Shown: positions 19,965-29,862, counted from the stretch's first letter. The stretch is 41,676 bases of DNA from an uncultured Actinomycetes bacterium (GCA_963755025.1 CAVWIH010000007.1:1-41676); one strand, 5' to 3'. Numbers and translations are program-made. Notes: a model not told the origin generated them from the letters alone.

Positions 19965-21767
19965 TTGGCCACGGCCGTGGTCGCCGTAGCCGTGGTCGCA
20001 CTCGTGCTCGCCTGGCGGCGCCTGTTCCTGGGTGTCGACCTGACCGACGAAGGCTTCACCGTGGCGGTGCCCTACCGCTTTGCCCTGGGCGCGCGCCCGT
20101 TCGTCGACGAGATGAACATCCTGCAGACGGCCGCGCTCTTCAGCTACCCCTTCGTCAAGGTCTACGTCTGGCTGCGCGGAGCCACCGGCATCGTGCTCTT
20201 CATGCGCCACCTCTACCTGCTGTGGAGCGCGCTCGTCGCCGCGGTCGCCTTCATGGGCCTGCGCCGGGTCGTGCGCTGGGAGCACGCGCTGCTCGCCGCG
20301 CTGCTGTGCGCAACGCTCGTCATCGCCCGCATCAGCGACCTGAGCTACAACACGCTGGGCGCCGGGCTGCTCGTGATCGCCATGGCCCTGGGCGCGCGGG
20401 CCCTGGTGGGCGACGGGGGCGACCGCAGCCTGGCGTTCGCCGGGGTCGCGCAAGCCCTGGCGGCCCTGGCCTATCCGACCCTGGTGCTGATCGTGCCGGT
20501 GGCCGCCGTCTGCCTGTTCGCCGCGGCCGCGGGCCGCCGCCGCCGCGCCGTAACGGCCTTCGTAGTCGGCGCCGTCGCCACCTTTGCGGCCGAAGGGTTG
20601 CTGCTGGCGAGCTTCGGCGTGGGCAACGTGCTGCGCTGCGCGCACTACCAACTCTCCGACTGGCAACGTCTCAACAGCGACTCCGGGCCGGCCAAGCTGC
20701 GGGCCATCGTCGACGGCGTGGTCGGGCACCTCGGCCTGTATCCGCTGATCGTGGTGGCGGCGCTGGCCCTGTGGCTCGCCTATCGGCGCTACCCGCTGGC
20801 GCGACTCGCGCTGGTCGCGGCGCCGCTCGCCCTGTTCCCGTTCGGTCAGCAGCTCGTGTCGGGCACCGACGGGTTCGCCGTGATCTACGGCCTGGCGGCC
20901 GCCTACTTCTACCTGTTCGTGCCCGAAGAGCGCCGCGCTCCGGCGACGACGCTGCTCGTCTGGGGCTACCTGCCGGCCCTCGCCGCAGGCCTGCTCACGG
21001 GCTACACGAGCGCGGCCGGCTGGCTGCAGATGGACGTCGGTCTGCTGCCCGCCATGGTGCTCTCCGGTGTCTTTCTGGCGCTCGCCCTGGCGCCGCGCGA
21101 CGGTGAGCCGGCCGCGCTGCGCGCCGCCCTGCCGGCGCTGGGCGTCGCCTGTCTCTCGGGCGTGCTGGCCGTCTCGCTCGTGTGCGACTACCGGTTCCTG
21201 CCGCGCGCCGTGCCGTACGCCGAGCTCACCGTCACCATCCACGGCGGCCCGTACGCGGGCGTGCGCGCCACGCCGCAGCGCGCCGCCTATCTCGACCAGC
21301 TGCGCGCCGACCTGCCCCGGGTGGCGGCGGCGTCGGACCGGCTGCTGATCTTCTACCAGGCGCCCGCCTTCTACCTGTTCTGGCCGCACCGGGTGGCCAC
21401 CAACTCGGTGTGGATCTCGAGCGCCAAGGGCCTCGACGTCAACGACGACCCCGGACCGCTGCCGCCGGCCACCACGGCCTACTACGAGCGCAGCGGCGTG
21501 CGGCCCGACGTCGTCCTGCGCGTCATCAACACGCAGGGTCTCTCGGCGAGCCAGCTTCTGGCGCGCTACTCGGCGGGTCTGGGCTCCGCCGCCAGCGGCC
21601 AGGCGTACCGGCTCGTGCTCGTGCGCGCGCAGTACGCCGTGTTTCGCCGTGTGGGCGCCGCGGCGCCCGTGGCGGCTGCCCCGCGCCCAGGCCGCGCTGC
21701 CCGACCCGGCGCCGCGGCACGCGGCGTGAGCCTCCTCTGGCGAGCCTCGGTAGCGAGGGCCTCGTGA
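19965..21767 (+). CDS. Polytopic membrane protein, probable GT-C transferase
   Basis: GVDLTDEGF acidic motif in the first loop, about ten or more TM segments, soluble C-terminal domain; adjacent to gtrA/gtrB-like genes. Confidence 0.6.
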   Translation: MATAVVAVAVVALVLAWRRLFLGVDLTDEGFTVAVPYRFALGARPFVDEMNILQTAALFSYPFVKVYVWLRGATGIVLFMRHLYLLWSALVAAVAFMGLRRVVRWEHALLAALLCATLVIARISDLSYNTLGAGLLVIAMALGARALVGDGGDRSLAFAGVAQALAALAYPTLVLIVPVAAVCLFAAAAGRRRRAVTAFVVGAVATFAAEGLLLASFGVGNVLRCAHYQLSDWQRLNSDSGPAKLRAIVDGVVGHLGLYPLIVVAALALWLAYRRYPLARLALVAAPLALFPFGQQLVSGTDGFAVIYGLAAAYFYLFVPEERRAPATTLLVWGYLPALAAGLLTGYTSAAGWLQMDVGLLPAMVLSGVFLALALAPRDGEPAALRAALPALGVACLSGVLAVSLVCDYRFLPRAVPYAELTVTIHGGPYAGVRATPQRAAYLDQLRADLPRVAAASDRLLIFYQAPAFYLFWPHRVATNSVWISSAKGLDVNDDPGPLPPATTAYYERSGVRPDVVLRVINTQGLSASQLLARYSAGLGSAASGQAYRLVLVRAQYAVFRRVGAAAPVAAAPRPGRAARPGAAARGVSLLWRASVARAS

Positions 21768-22648
21768 GTCAGACCGTCATGATCACCGGCGGTTCCGGGT
21801 TCATCGGACGCAACCTGGTCGAAGAGCTGTCCCCACGCCGCCACGTGCTGGCGCCGACGCACGCCGAGCTCGAGCTGCTCGACACCGAACGGGTCGCCGG
21901 CTATCTCGCTGCGCACGACGTCGACGTGGTGGTGCACTGCGCCGTGCGGCCCGGGCATCGCAACGCCGCCGACCCGAGCGGCCAGCTCGAACGCAACCTG
22001 CGCATGTTCGCCAACCTGGCGCGCTGCCGCGGGCGCTACCGCCGCCTGGTCTTCGTGAGCTCGGGGGCGGTCTACGACGCGCGGCACTACCGGCCGCGCC
22101 TGCCCGAGACGGCCTGCGGCGAGCACGTGCCGGCCGACGAGCACGGCTTCTCCAAGTACCTCTGCGCCGCCTACGCCGCCACGCGCCCCGACATCGTCGA
22201 GCTGCGCCCCTTTGGCGTGTTCGGCCGCTACGAGGACTACGCCATCAGGTTCATCTCGAACGCCATCTGCAAGTCGCTGCTGGGCCTGCCGGTCACGCTG
22301 CGCCAGGACCGCCTTTTCGACTACACCCCGGTCGGCGACCTCGTGGCCGTGATCGAGCGCTTCTTCACCCACGAGCCGCGGCACAGCGCCTACAACGTCT
22401 CGGCTCCCGAACCGCGCAGCCTGCTGGAGCTCGCCCGGCTCGTGGTCGGCCTCGGCACAAAGGACGTGCCGGTGGTCGTCGCGAAAGAGGGCATGGGCGT
22501 CGAGTACAGCGGCGACGGCGCTCGCCTGCACGCCGAGCTGCCCGATCTCGTGCCCACACCGCTCGACAAGGCCGTCGCCGATCTGTACGAGTGGTACGCG
22601 CAACGCGTGCCGACCATCGACCGCACGGCGCTGCTGGTCGACCGGTGA
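21764..22648 (+). CDS. NAD-dependent epimerase/reductase (extended SDR)
   Basis: MITGGSGFIGRNL, FVSSGAVYD, HGFSKY, LRPFGVFGRYED. Confidence 0.88.
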   Translation: MSQTVMITGGSGFIGRNLVEELSPRRHVLAPTHAELELLDTERVAGYLAAHDVDVVVHCAVRPGHRNAADPSGQLERNLRMFANLARCRGRYRRLVFVSSGAVYDARHYRPRLPETACGEHVPADEHGFSKYLCAAYAATRPDIVELRPFGVFGRYEDYAIRFISNAICKSLLGLPVTLRQDRLFDYTPVGDLVAVIERFFTHEPRHSAYNVSAPEPRSLLELARLVVGLGTKDVPVVVAKEGMGVEYSGDGARLHAELPDLVPTPLDKAVADLYEWYAQRVPTIDRTALLVDR

Positions 22649-22688
22649 GTCGCCGGCGGGACAGGCGCCGAGAGTCAGGAAGCGCACG

Positions 22689-24578
22689 GTGATCAAGGTC
22701 TCCGACTACATCTCGCGACGCATCGCCGAGCTGGGCGTGAGCCACGTGTTCATGATCACCGGCGGCGGCGCCATGCACTTAGACGACTCCCTGGGCCGGC
22801 GCACCGACCTCACCCTCGTGTTCTGCCATCACGAACAGGCCTGCGCCATCGCCGCCGAAGGCTACGCCCGCGTCAGCGGCCTGCCGGGCGTGGTGTGCGT
22901 CACCAGCGGGCCGGGCGGCACGAACGCCATCACCGGCGTGCTCGGCCAGTGGCACGACTCCGTGCCCGCCCTCTACGTGTCGGGCCAGGTGCGCAGCGAC
23001 ACGACGGTCGCCCTGAGCGGCCTGCCCCTGCGCCAGCTCGGCGACCAGGAAGCGCCGATCGTCGACCTCGTGCGACCGATCACCAAGTACGCGGCGCTCG
23101 TCACCGATCCGCCCAGCATCGGCCGTCATCTCGACGCGGCGCTGGCCGCCATGACCGGCGGGCGTCCGGGCCCCGTCTGGCTCGACGTGCCCGTCGACGT
23201 GCAGGGCGCCCTGGTCGACGAGGCCGAGGTCGACAGGCAACGCGCCGCCGCCGCGGCCCCACGCGACCCCGACGCCGGTTTCGCCCGCGACCTCGTGCGC
23301 CGCCAGGTCGCCGAGCTGGTCGACCGGCTGGCTCACGCCCAGCGCCCGGTCGTGCTCGCCGGCAGCGGCGTACGCACGGCCGGCGCCGCCGCCGCGCTGC
23401 TGCGCGCCGCCGACGTCCTGGGCGCCCCCGTGGTCACCGCCTGGAACGCGCACGACCTGCTCTGGGAGGGCCACCCGCTGTACGCCGGGCGTCCCGGCAC
23501 GGTCGGCGATCGCGCCGGCAATTTCGCCGTGCAGAACGCCGACCTGCTGATCAGCGTGGGTTGCCGCCTGAACATCCGCCAGATCGGCTACGAGTTCGCC
23601 GCCTTCGCCCGCGACGCCTGGAAGGTGGTCGTCGACGTCGACGCCCTCGAGCTGCGCAAGCCCACGGTGACGCCCGACGTGGCCGTGCACAGCGACGCCG
23701 GATTCTTTCTTGACGAGCTCGACCGCGCCCTGCGCGACCGCTGGCGCTACGCCGGCGACGGGCCACGCTGGGACGACTGGCTGGCCTGGTGCCGGGCGCG
23801 CCGCGCGCGCTACCCGGTGGTCCTGCCGCGCTACCGCGACGTCGCCGCCCCGGTGAACCCCTATGTCTTCATCGATGAGCTGTCAGGACGCCTCGGCGAC
23901 GACGACATCGTGGTGTGCGCCAACGGCTCCGCCTGCGTGGTGGGTTTTCAGGCGCTGCGGGTGCGCCACGGCCAGCGGCTGATCGCCAACTCGGGCACGG
24001 CCGGCATGGGCTACGACCTGCCGGCGGCCATCGGCGCCTGCTTCGGCGCCGGCGGGCGGCGCGTGATCTGCCTGGCGGGCGACGGCAGCATCCAGATGAA
24101 CCTGCAGGAGCTCCAGACCATCGTCCACCACCGCCTGCCGGTCAAGGTCTTCGTCTTCGACAACGCGGGCTACCTGTCGATCCGCCAGATGCAGGACAAC
24201 CTGTTCGACGGGCGGCGCGTCGGCGAGGGCGCCGCGAGCGGCGTCTCGCTGCCCGACATGGTCGCCGTGGCCCGCGCCTACGGCATACCCGCCGCGCGGG
24301 TCGGGTCGCACGACGGGCTGGGCGCCGCCATCGACGCCGCCCTCGCGGGCGACGGTCCGGCGCTGTGCGACGTCGTCATGACGCCCGATCTGCAGTTCGC
24401 GCCCAAGGTCGCCGCCGAGAAGCTGCCCGGCGGGCGCATCGTGTCAAAACCGATCGAGGACATGTGGCCGTTCATGGAGCGCGCCGAGTTTGCCGAGAAC
24501 ATGCTCATACCGGAGTGGCGGCCGCACGAGTCGCGCGCGCCGGGCAATGATCAGTCAGGAGAGGGGTCGAGGGCATGA
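22689..24578 (+). CDS. ThDP-dependent acetolactate-synthase-like enzyme (YerE-like carboligase)
   Basis: HHEQACAIAAEGYAR, VTSGPGGTNAITG, MGYDLPAAIGA, GDGSIQMNLQEL...FDNAGY ThDP motif. Confidence 0.9.
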   Translation: MIKVSDYISRRIAELGVSHVFMITGGGAMHLDDSLGRRTDLTLVFCHHEQACAIAAEGYARVSGLPGVVCVTSGPGGTNAITGVLGQWHDSVPALYVSGQVRSDTTVALSGLPLRQLGDQEAPIVDLVRPITKYAALVTDPPSIGRHLDAALAAMTGGRPGPVWLDVPVDVQGALVDEAEVDRQRAAAAAPRDPDAGFARDLVRRQVAELVDRLAHAQRPVVLAGSGVRTAGAAAALLRAADVLGAPVVTAWNAHDLLWEGHPLYAGRPGTVGDRAGNFAVQNADLLISVGCRLNIRQIGYEFAAFARDAWKVVVDVDALELRKPTVTPDVAVHSDAGFFLDELDRALRDRWRYAGDGPRWDDWLAWCRARRARYPVVLPRYRDVAAPVNPYVFIDELSGRLGDDDIVVCANGSACVVGFQALRVRHGQRLIANSGTAGMGYDLPAAIGACFGAGGRRVICLAGDGSIQMNLQELQTIVHHRLPVKVFVFDNAGYLSIRQMQDNLFDGRRVGEGAASGVSLPDMVAVARAYGIPAARVGSHDGLGAAIDAALAGDGPALCDVVMTPDLQFAPKVAAEKLPGGRIVSKPIEDMWPFMERAEFAENMLIPEWRPHESRAPGNDQSGEGSRA

Positions 24579-25390
24579 ACGCACTCGAGCATCGCATGGT
24601 CGAGGCGCTCGCCGACCTGCGCGAGAACCACCACGTGAGCGGCGTCAAAGCCGAGTTCGAAGCCGAGGGCACGCGCCTCGAAGAGGCGATGCGCCTGAAA
24701 GAGGTCGTCTCTCAGGCCGGCCTCGGCTTGACCATCAAGATCGGCGGCTGCGAGGCCGTGCGCGACATGTACGAGGCGCGCGTGATCGGCGTGCAGCGCG
24801 TCGTAGGACCGATGGTCGAGTCGCCACACGCCCTGCGCAAGTACCTGGCGGCGGTGCGCCTGGCATTCCCGGCCGACGAGCGCGACGACGTCGAGTTCTG
24901 CGTGAACATCGAGACGGTGACCGGCTACGAGAAGTTCGACGACATGCTCGGCCTGCCCGAACTCAGTGAGCTCGGCGGCGTGGTCCTGGGCCGCGTCGAC
25001 ATGACCGGCTCGCTGGGCATGAGCCGCGAAGACATCAACGAACCCGCCATCTTCACCATGGCGTCCGACCTCTTCAGCCGCGCCAAGGCCGCCGGGCTTG
25101 CCTGCGGCATGGGCGGCGGCGTGTCGGCGGCCTCGCTGCCCTTCATGCGCGAGCTGCCGGCCGGCTGCCTCGACCGCTTCGAGACCCGCAAGGTCATCTT
25201 CGAGTGCCCCGCCGCGCTCGAGAACGGCGCCGACGCCGGCATCCTCAAGGCAGTCGGCTTCGAGCTCATGTGGCTCAAGAACAAGCGCGACTTCTACAAC
25301 GCCATCTCGATCGAGGACTGCGTGCGCCTCGAGATGCTGCAGAGCCGCTACGACGCCCTGATCGAGGCGGCCGGCGGTGTCTACGGCTGA
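24575..25390 (+). CDS. HpcH/HpaI aldolase/citrate-lyase family protein
   Basis: GVKAEFEAEG, KIGGCEAVRD, PMVES, NIET, GRVDMTGSLG. Confidence 0.75.
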   Translation: MNALEHRMVEALADLRENHHVSGVKAEFEAEGTRLEEAMRLKEVVSQAGLGLTIKIGGCEAVRDMYEARVIGVQRVVGPMVESPHALRKYLAAVRLAFPADERDDVEFCVNIETVTGYEKFDDMLGLPELSELGGVVLGRVDMTGSLGMSREDINEPAIFTMASDLFSRAKAAGLACGMGGGVSAASLPFMRELPAGCLDRFETRKVIFECPAALENGADAGILKAVGFELMWLKNKRDFYNAISIEDCVRLEMLQSRYDALIEAAGGVYG

Positions 25391-26213
25391 GCCGCCCGGA
25401 GAGCGCGCCGTCAGGGCGGTCGCCTTCGATCTCGACGGCACCCTCTACATGGGCCGGCAGGCCGTACCGGGGGCGCCCCAGGTGGTCGCGCACGTGCGCG
25501 GCAGCGGCCTCGACGTGCTCTTCTTGACCAACACGTCGTCGGTCGACCCACGGCGCCTGGCCGAGCGCCTCGCCGGCCTCGGCATCACGGCCCGACCGGG
25601 CGAGATCTACTCGTCCGCGTCGGTCGCGGCGCGCTACGTGGCCGAGCGCGGCCACGAGGTGGTCTACGCGGTCGGACTGCCGGGGCTGCGCGACGAGCTC
25701 GTCGCGCACGGCCTGCGGCTGACCGAGCAGGCCGCCGCGGCGCAGGCCCTGGTGGTGGGCTTCGCCCCGGGGTTCGACGCGGCCACGCTGCCCTGCGCCT
25801 TTCGCGCCGAGTGCGAGTTCGTGGCCGCCAACGTAGACGCCGACTACCCGGGCGACGGCGGCCGGCGACTGCCCGCGGCGCGCGAGACCATCGACAAGGT
25901 GGCCGCCCGCCTGGGGCGCGCCTACGACTTCTGCGCCGGCAAGCCCGGCACGTACATGCTCGAGTGCGTCGAGCGCGACCTCGGCCTGGCCGCCGGCGAG
26001 ATCGTCGTGGTCGGCGACAGCGTGACGAGCGACATCGCCATGGCGCGGGCCGCCGGCTGCCGCTCCATCCTCATCGCTCCCGAGGGCTCCGCCGGGGGCG
26101 GCGTCGGCGCCGTCGTCTCGCGCCTGACCGATGTGCCGGCCGCCCTGCGGACGCTCGGCGCTCACCTGGCCGAGAGCGCCCCCGCCCCCGGCGCCGGGGC
26201 TGAGTCCGGCTGA
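25377..26213 (+). CDS. HAD-IIA (NagD-like) phosphatase
   Basis: FDLDGTLY, FLTNTS, GKP, VVGDSVTSDIAMA. Confidence 0.9.
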   Translation: MSTAEPPGERAVRAVAFDLDGTLYMGRQAVPGAPQVVAHVRGSGLDVLFLTNTSSVDPRRLAERLAGLGITARPGEIYSSASVAARYVAERGHEVVYAVGLPGLRDELVAHGLRLTEQAAAAQALVVGFAPGFDAATLPCAFRAECEFVAANVDADYPGDGGRRLPAARETIDKVAARLGRAYDFCAGKPGTYMLECVERDLGLAAGEIVVVGDSVTSDIAMARAAGCRSILIAPEGSAGGGVGAVVSRLTDVPAALRTLGAHLAESAPAPGAGAESG

Positions 26214-26242
26214 ACAGCGGACACGCCGCCGGGGCCCTGTAG

Positions 26243-26248
26243 TATCCT
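26243..26248 (+). promoter_or_regulatory. -10 element for a probably leaderless ispG transcript
   Basis: TATCCT 6 nt before ATG 26255; no Shine-Dalgarno. Confidence 0.5.
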
Positions 26249-26254
26249 CACCCC

Positions 26255-27340
26255 ATGAGCAGCGTGCGACAGATCCGCGTCGGCGCCGTGGCGGTCGGCG
26301 GCGGCGCCCCGGTCGTCGTGCAGTCCATGACCAACACCCCCACCGGCGACGCCGCGGCGACCCTCGAGCAGGTGGGCGCGCTGGCGGCCGCCGGCAGCGA
26401 GCTCGTGCGCGTCACGCTGCCGGCCGCCGCCGACGTCGACGCCTTCACCGAGGTCGTGCGCCACGCGCCGGTACCGATCGTGGCCGACATCCACTTCGAC
26501 TGGCGCCTGGCCTGCGCCGCCCTCGACGCAGGCGCCGCGGCCGTGCGCATCAACCCCGGCACCATCGGCAACGACGCCCACGTGCGGGCCGTCGTCGAGG
26601 CCGCCGGGCGGCACGGCGCCGCCATCCGCATAGGCGTGAACTCCGGTTCGCTGCCGCGCGACCTGCGTGGCCTGGCCCAGACCGACCCGGCCGCCGCCCT
26701 GGTCGAGGCCGCGCTGCGCCACGCGGCCCGCTTCGACGAGTGGGGCTTCGCCGACTACAAGCTCTCCGTGAAGAGCTCGAGCGTGCCCGACACGATCGCC
26801 GCCTACCGGGCGCTCGCCCTGCGCAGCGACGCGCCGCTGCACGTGGGCGTGACCGAGGCCGGCACCGCCTGGTCGGGCACCGTGAAGAGCGCGGTCGGCA
26901 TCGGCGCGCTGCTGGCCGAAGGCATCGGCGACACGATCCGCGTCTCGCTGACCGCCGACCCGGTCGAAGAGGTGCGCGTCGCCTGGGCCATCCTCGAGGC
27001 CCTCGAGCTGCGCCGCCGCGGTCCCAACCTCATCTCGTGCCCGACCTGCGGCCGCACCGAGATCGACATCGTCGGCCTCGCCGAGACGGTCGAGGGGCGC
27101 CTGCGTTCGTACCGCGCGCCCATCAGCGTAGCGGTCATGGGCTGCCGCGTGAACGGCCCCGAAGAGGCGCGCCACGCCGACTTCGGCATCGCCGGCGGCA
27201 GGGGAGAGGGCATCGTCTTCGCCCACGGCGTCAAGGTGGCCACGGTGCCCGAGGGGCGCCTGGTCGAAGAGCTGTTCGCCTGCATCGACGCCGAGCTCGC
27301 GCGCGGCGCCGGCGCGCCCTCGGGCAGCGCGCCTTACTGA
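26255..27340 (+). CDS. ispG: (E)-4-hydroxy-3-methylbut-2-enyl-diphosphate synthase
   Basis: VQSMTNT, VADIHFD, RINPG, IRIGVNSGSL, LHVGVTEAG, GDTIRVSLT, SCPTCGRT, AVMGCRVNGPEE. Confidence 0.97.
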   Translation: MSSVRQIRVGAVAVGGGAPVVVQSMTNTPTGDAAATLEQVGALAAAGSELVRVTLPAAADVDAFTEVVRHAPVPIVADIHFDWRLACAALDAGAAAVRINPGTIGNDAHVRAVVEAAGRHGAAIRIGVNSGSLPRDLRGLAQTDPAAALVEAALRHAARFDEWGFADYKLSVKSSSVPDTIAAYRALALRSDAPLHVGVTEAGTAWSGTVKSAVGIGALLAEGIGDTIRVSLTADPVEEVRVAWAILEALELRRRGPNLISCPTCGRTEIDIVGLAETVEGRLRSYRAPISVAVMGCRVNGPEEARHADFGIAGGRGEGIVFAHGVKVATVPEGRLVEELFACIDAELARGAGAPSGSAPY

Positions 27341-29544
27341 CCCGGCGCGCCGGCCAGGAAACGCTTGGAGAGCGCCGCGAACGGCGCGGCCTGGGCGGTC
27401 TCGCCGGCCTGGGCGAGCAGCTGCGCCCGAGCCCCCAGCAGGTCGCCATACCAGGTGCGGATCATGAGCACGTTGCGATCGAGCGGCACCGTGCCGTCGG
27501 CCAGGTGGGCAAAGTCGAAGCGCGACAGGTCGACCGGGGTCAGCCAGGCGGCCAGGGCCGCCTGTGACGTGGCCGGCACGGTGCGTCGCGCCTTGAGCGC
27601 GACCCCGACCGATTCGGCGCTGTACCCCTTCACTATGCGCGAGTCGGGCGCGTACGTGAAATAGACGTCGCGGCCGGCTTGTTCGTAGCGCGCCACGAAC
27701 GACGCGATCATGGCGTAGTAGGCGGCGTCGATGGCGGAGCCGTCGTAGGCCTTGCCCTGCTCGAAGGGCTTGACGGCCGCCAGGAAGGCGTCGACCTTGG
27801 CGCGCGAGCCGGCGATCAGCTGCGGATAGCGCTGCGCGAGGTCCTGCAGGTACCAGCTGCGGCGCAGCAGCTCCTGGTCGAGCACGATCACGTCGGGGCG
27901 CTCGTGCTCGACGTCCTGGGCGTAGTCGAGCGGAAAGCCGAACTGGTCGCGGTCGACCATGACCAGCGAGTGGGCCGAGGCGCCGCCGAGCACGTTATGG
28001 ATATAGGCGTCGGCGAAGCGGTAGCGATGCATGGTGAGGGCGGGCGCCCTGCCGGCGGCCAGCACGAGCGGCACGGCGACCAGCACCGCCGCAACGACGC
28101 CCGCGGCCGTCGTCGCGCGCCGCCCGCCGGCGCCCGCGGCGGCCGCCTCGCCGCCGCGCTCGCGCCCGCCGAGCCGCGCCAGCGCCGCGCTCGCCAGCCA
28201 CCAGGCGCCGAGGCCCATGAGCAGGCCCAGCACCAGGTAGAAGGGGATGTAGAACACCGAGGCCAGCGCCTTCTCGTCGGCGTTCGCAAGGGCGTCGGCC
28301 GTGTTGCTCGGAAAGTCGGCGATCAGGGTGATGACGGGCCAGGTGGCGACGAGCAGCGTCGCCGAGAGCCAGAAGAGCGGCCGGCGCCGCACGAAGAGCA
28401 CGACGAGCCCGACCAGCGCGAGCGAAAGGACGGCCGGCAACCATTGATGGACCAGCAGCGAGGCCGAGGTGCCGAACTCGGCGAGCGTGGTGCCCACGCC
28501 GGAGTGGCCGCTCGTCAGGTACTGGTGCCGCGTGACGACCCGCCAGAAGTTCGTCCAGGTAGTGGCGTTGCCCCAGTTCATGAGCGGCCGCCGGGCAGCC
28601 GCCACGGGCAGGTAGAGGTAGGGCAGCAGCCCCGCCAGGTAGAGGCCCGCGCCGACGGCGAGCTGCCGCCACGACGGCCGCAGCCGGCGCTCGAAGGCAA
28701 GGCCGTACAGGGCGACCGCCGGCAGCAGCACGATGAAGGTGTCGTGCGCGGTGAGCCCGAGCCCCAGCACGAAGCAGACGGCGTAGAACAGGCGTCGCCG
28801 CCCGCGCGCCGTGGCCGCGCGCGTCCAGACGAGCGTGAGCAGCAGGAGCAGGGCGACGAGGGCTGCGTTCAGCCCGTAGACCTCGGCGATGATGGCCTGC
28901 GCCCACGTGGTCGCCGCGGTCGCCGCGAGCAGGCCGGCGCCGAGGCCGGCGGCACAGACGAGCAGGCCCGACGCGCCGGGGAGCGCCGGCGCCCAGGGCG
29001 AGCCGTCGCGGCTCGCCGCCGCGGCGCGGCGCCCGGAGCCGGCGACACGCGCGCCGCGACACTCGTCGATCAGCAGCATGGTCGTCCACGCGATGAGCCC
29101 GGCCGCCACGGCCGCAAAGACGGCCGACATGAGGTTCACCCGCAACGCCACCGTGCCGAACGGCAGGAGGGTGAAGAGGTGGGCGATGACCGTCCACAGC
29201 GGGTAGCCGGGTTCGTGCGGCACACCCAGGGTGTAGGCCGCCGAGATCAGCTCGCCGGAGTCCTCGAAGGTGACTGTGGGAGCGAGGGTCGCCACGTAGA
29301 GCGCCAGGGCCAGCACGAACGTCAGGGCGACCGTGCCGCCCAGCAGCCAGCGGCTCGCGCCGCGCGCGGCCGTGGGAGCGTTGTCGGCCACGACCGCGGC
29401 CGGCATGGCGGGTTCGGCGGCCGTGGCGGCCGGCTTGCCCGGCGCGATGGCGTCGCCACGGGCCGGCGCACCGCTGCGCGCTGAAGAGCCGGTGCGCGCA
29501 GGCACGCGGGAACGCGCAGGCTTACGGCGCTTGCGAGAGCTCAC
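27334..29544 (-). CDS. DUF2723 (TMEM260-like) polytopic membrane glycosyltransferase; start uncertain
   Basis: LAPTVTFEDSGELISAAYTLGVPHEPGYPLW, WAQAIIAEVYGLN, YLYLPV...MNWGN, RPDVIVLDQELLRRSWY. Confidence 0.82.
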   Translation of the reverse strand: MSSRKRRKPARSRVPARTGSSARSGAPARGDAIAPGKPAATAAEPAMPAAVVADNAPTAARGASRWLLGGTVALTFVLALALYVATLAPTVTFEDSGELISAAYTLGVPHEPGYPLWTVIAHLFTLLPFGTVALRVNLMSAVFAAVAAGLIAWTTMLLIDECRGARVAGSGRRAAAASRDGSPWAPALPGASGLLVCAAGLGAGLLAATAATTWAQAIIAEVYGLNAALVALLLLLTLVWTRAATARGRRRLFYAVCFVLGLGLTAHDTFIVLLPAVALYGLAFERRLRPSWRQLAVGAGLYLAGLLPYLYLPVAAARRPLMNWGNATTWTNFWRVVTRHQYLTSGHSGVGTTLAEFGTSASLLVHQWLPAVLSLALVGLVVLFVRRRPLFWLSATLLVATWPVITLIADFPSNTADALANADEKALASVFYIPFYLVLGLLMGLGAWWLASAALARLGGRERGGEAAAAGAGGRRATTAAGVVAAVLVAVPLVLAAGRAPALTMHRYRFADAYIHNVLGGASAHSLVMVDRDQFGFPLDYAQDVEHERPDVIVLDQELLRRSWYLQDLAQRYPQLIAGSRAKVDAFLAAVKPFEQGKAYDGSAIDAAYYAMIASFVARYEQAGRDVYFTYAPDSRIVKGYSAESVGVALKARRTVPATSQAALAAWLTPVDLSRFDFAHLADGTVPLDRNVLMIRTWYGDLLGARAQLLAQAGETAQAAPFAALSKRFLAGAPGQ

Positions 29545-29862
29545 GTGGCGGTGTGGCAGGTGGGGGCCATGGCTGACCGGCTCAGGATATCGTGCGAGAG
29601 GCGTGGCCGCTATCGCAGTGAGCGCGACCCTCGAGCGCACCCTTCGCAACAGCCTCCCGTCGGCACGTCCGCTGCCCGGGCCGACCCTCTGCGCTTCGTT
29701 GCGGCGCGGCGCGACGGTGCCGTATCATGGCGTAGCCCTTGCGAGCCTCGATCGGTCGCGCCGTCACCGTGGCGAGCGCCCGAACGACGCCGGGGGCGAC
29801 GGCCGAGCGACAGCCCGCGCCGGCCCGCAACCTTAGAGCGAACAGATCCGGAGTCCTGCCCC

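Noticed and set aside
29650-29862. T-box riboswitch upstream of proS
   Set aside because: No T-box consensus (GGTGGNACCGCG) or terminator is visible.
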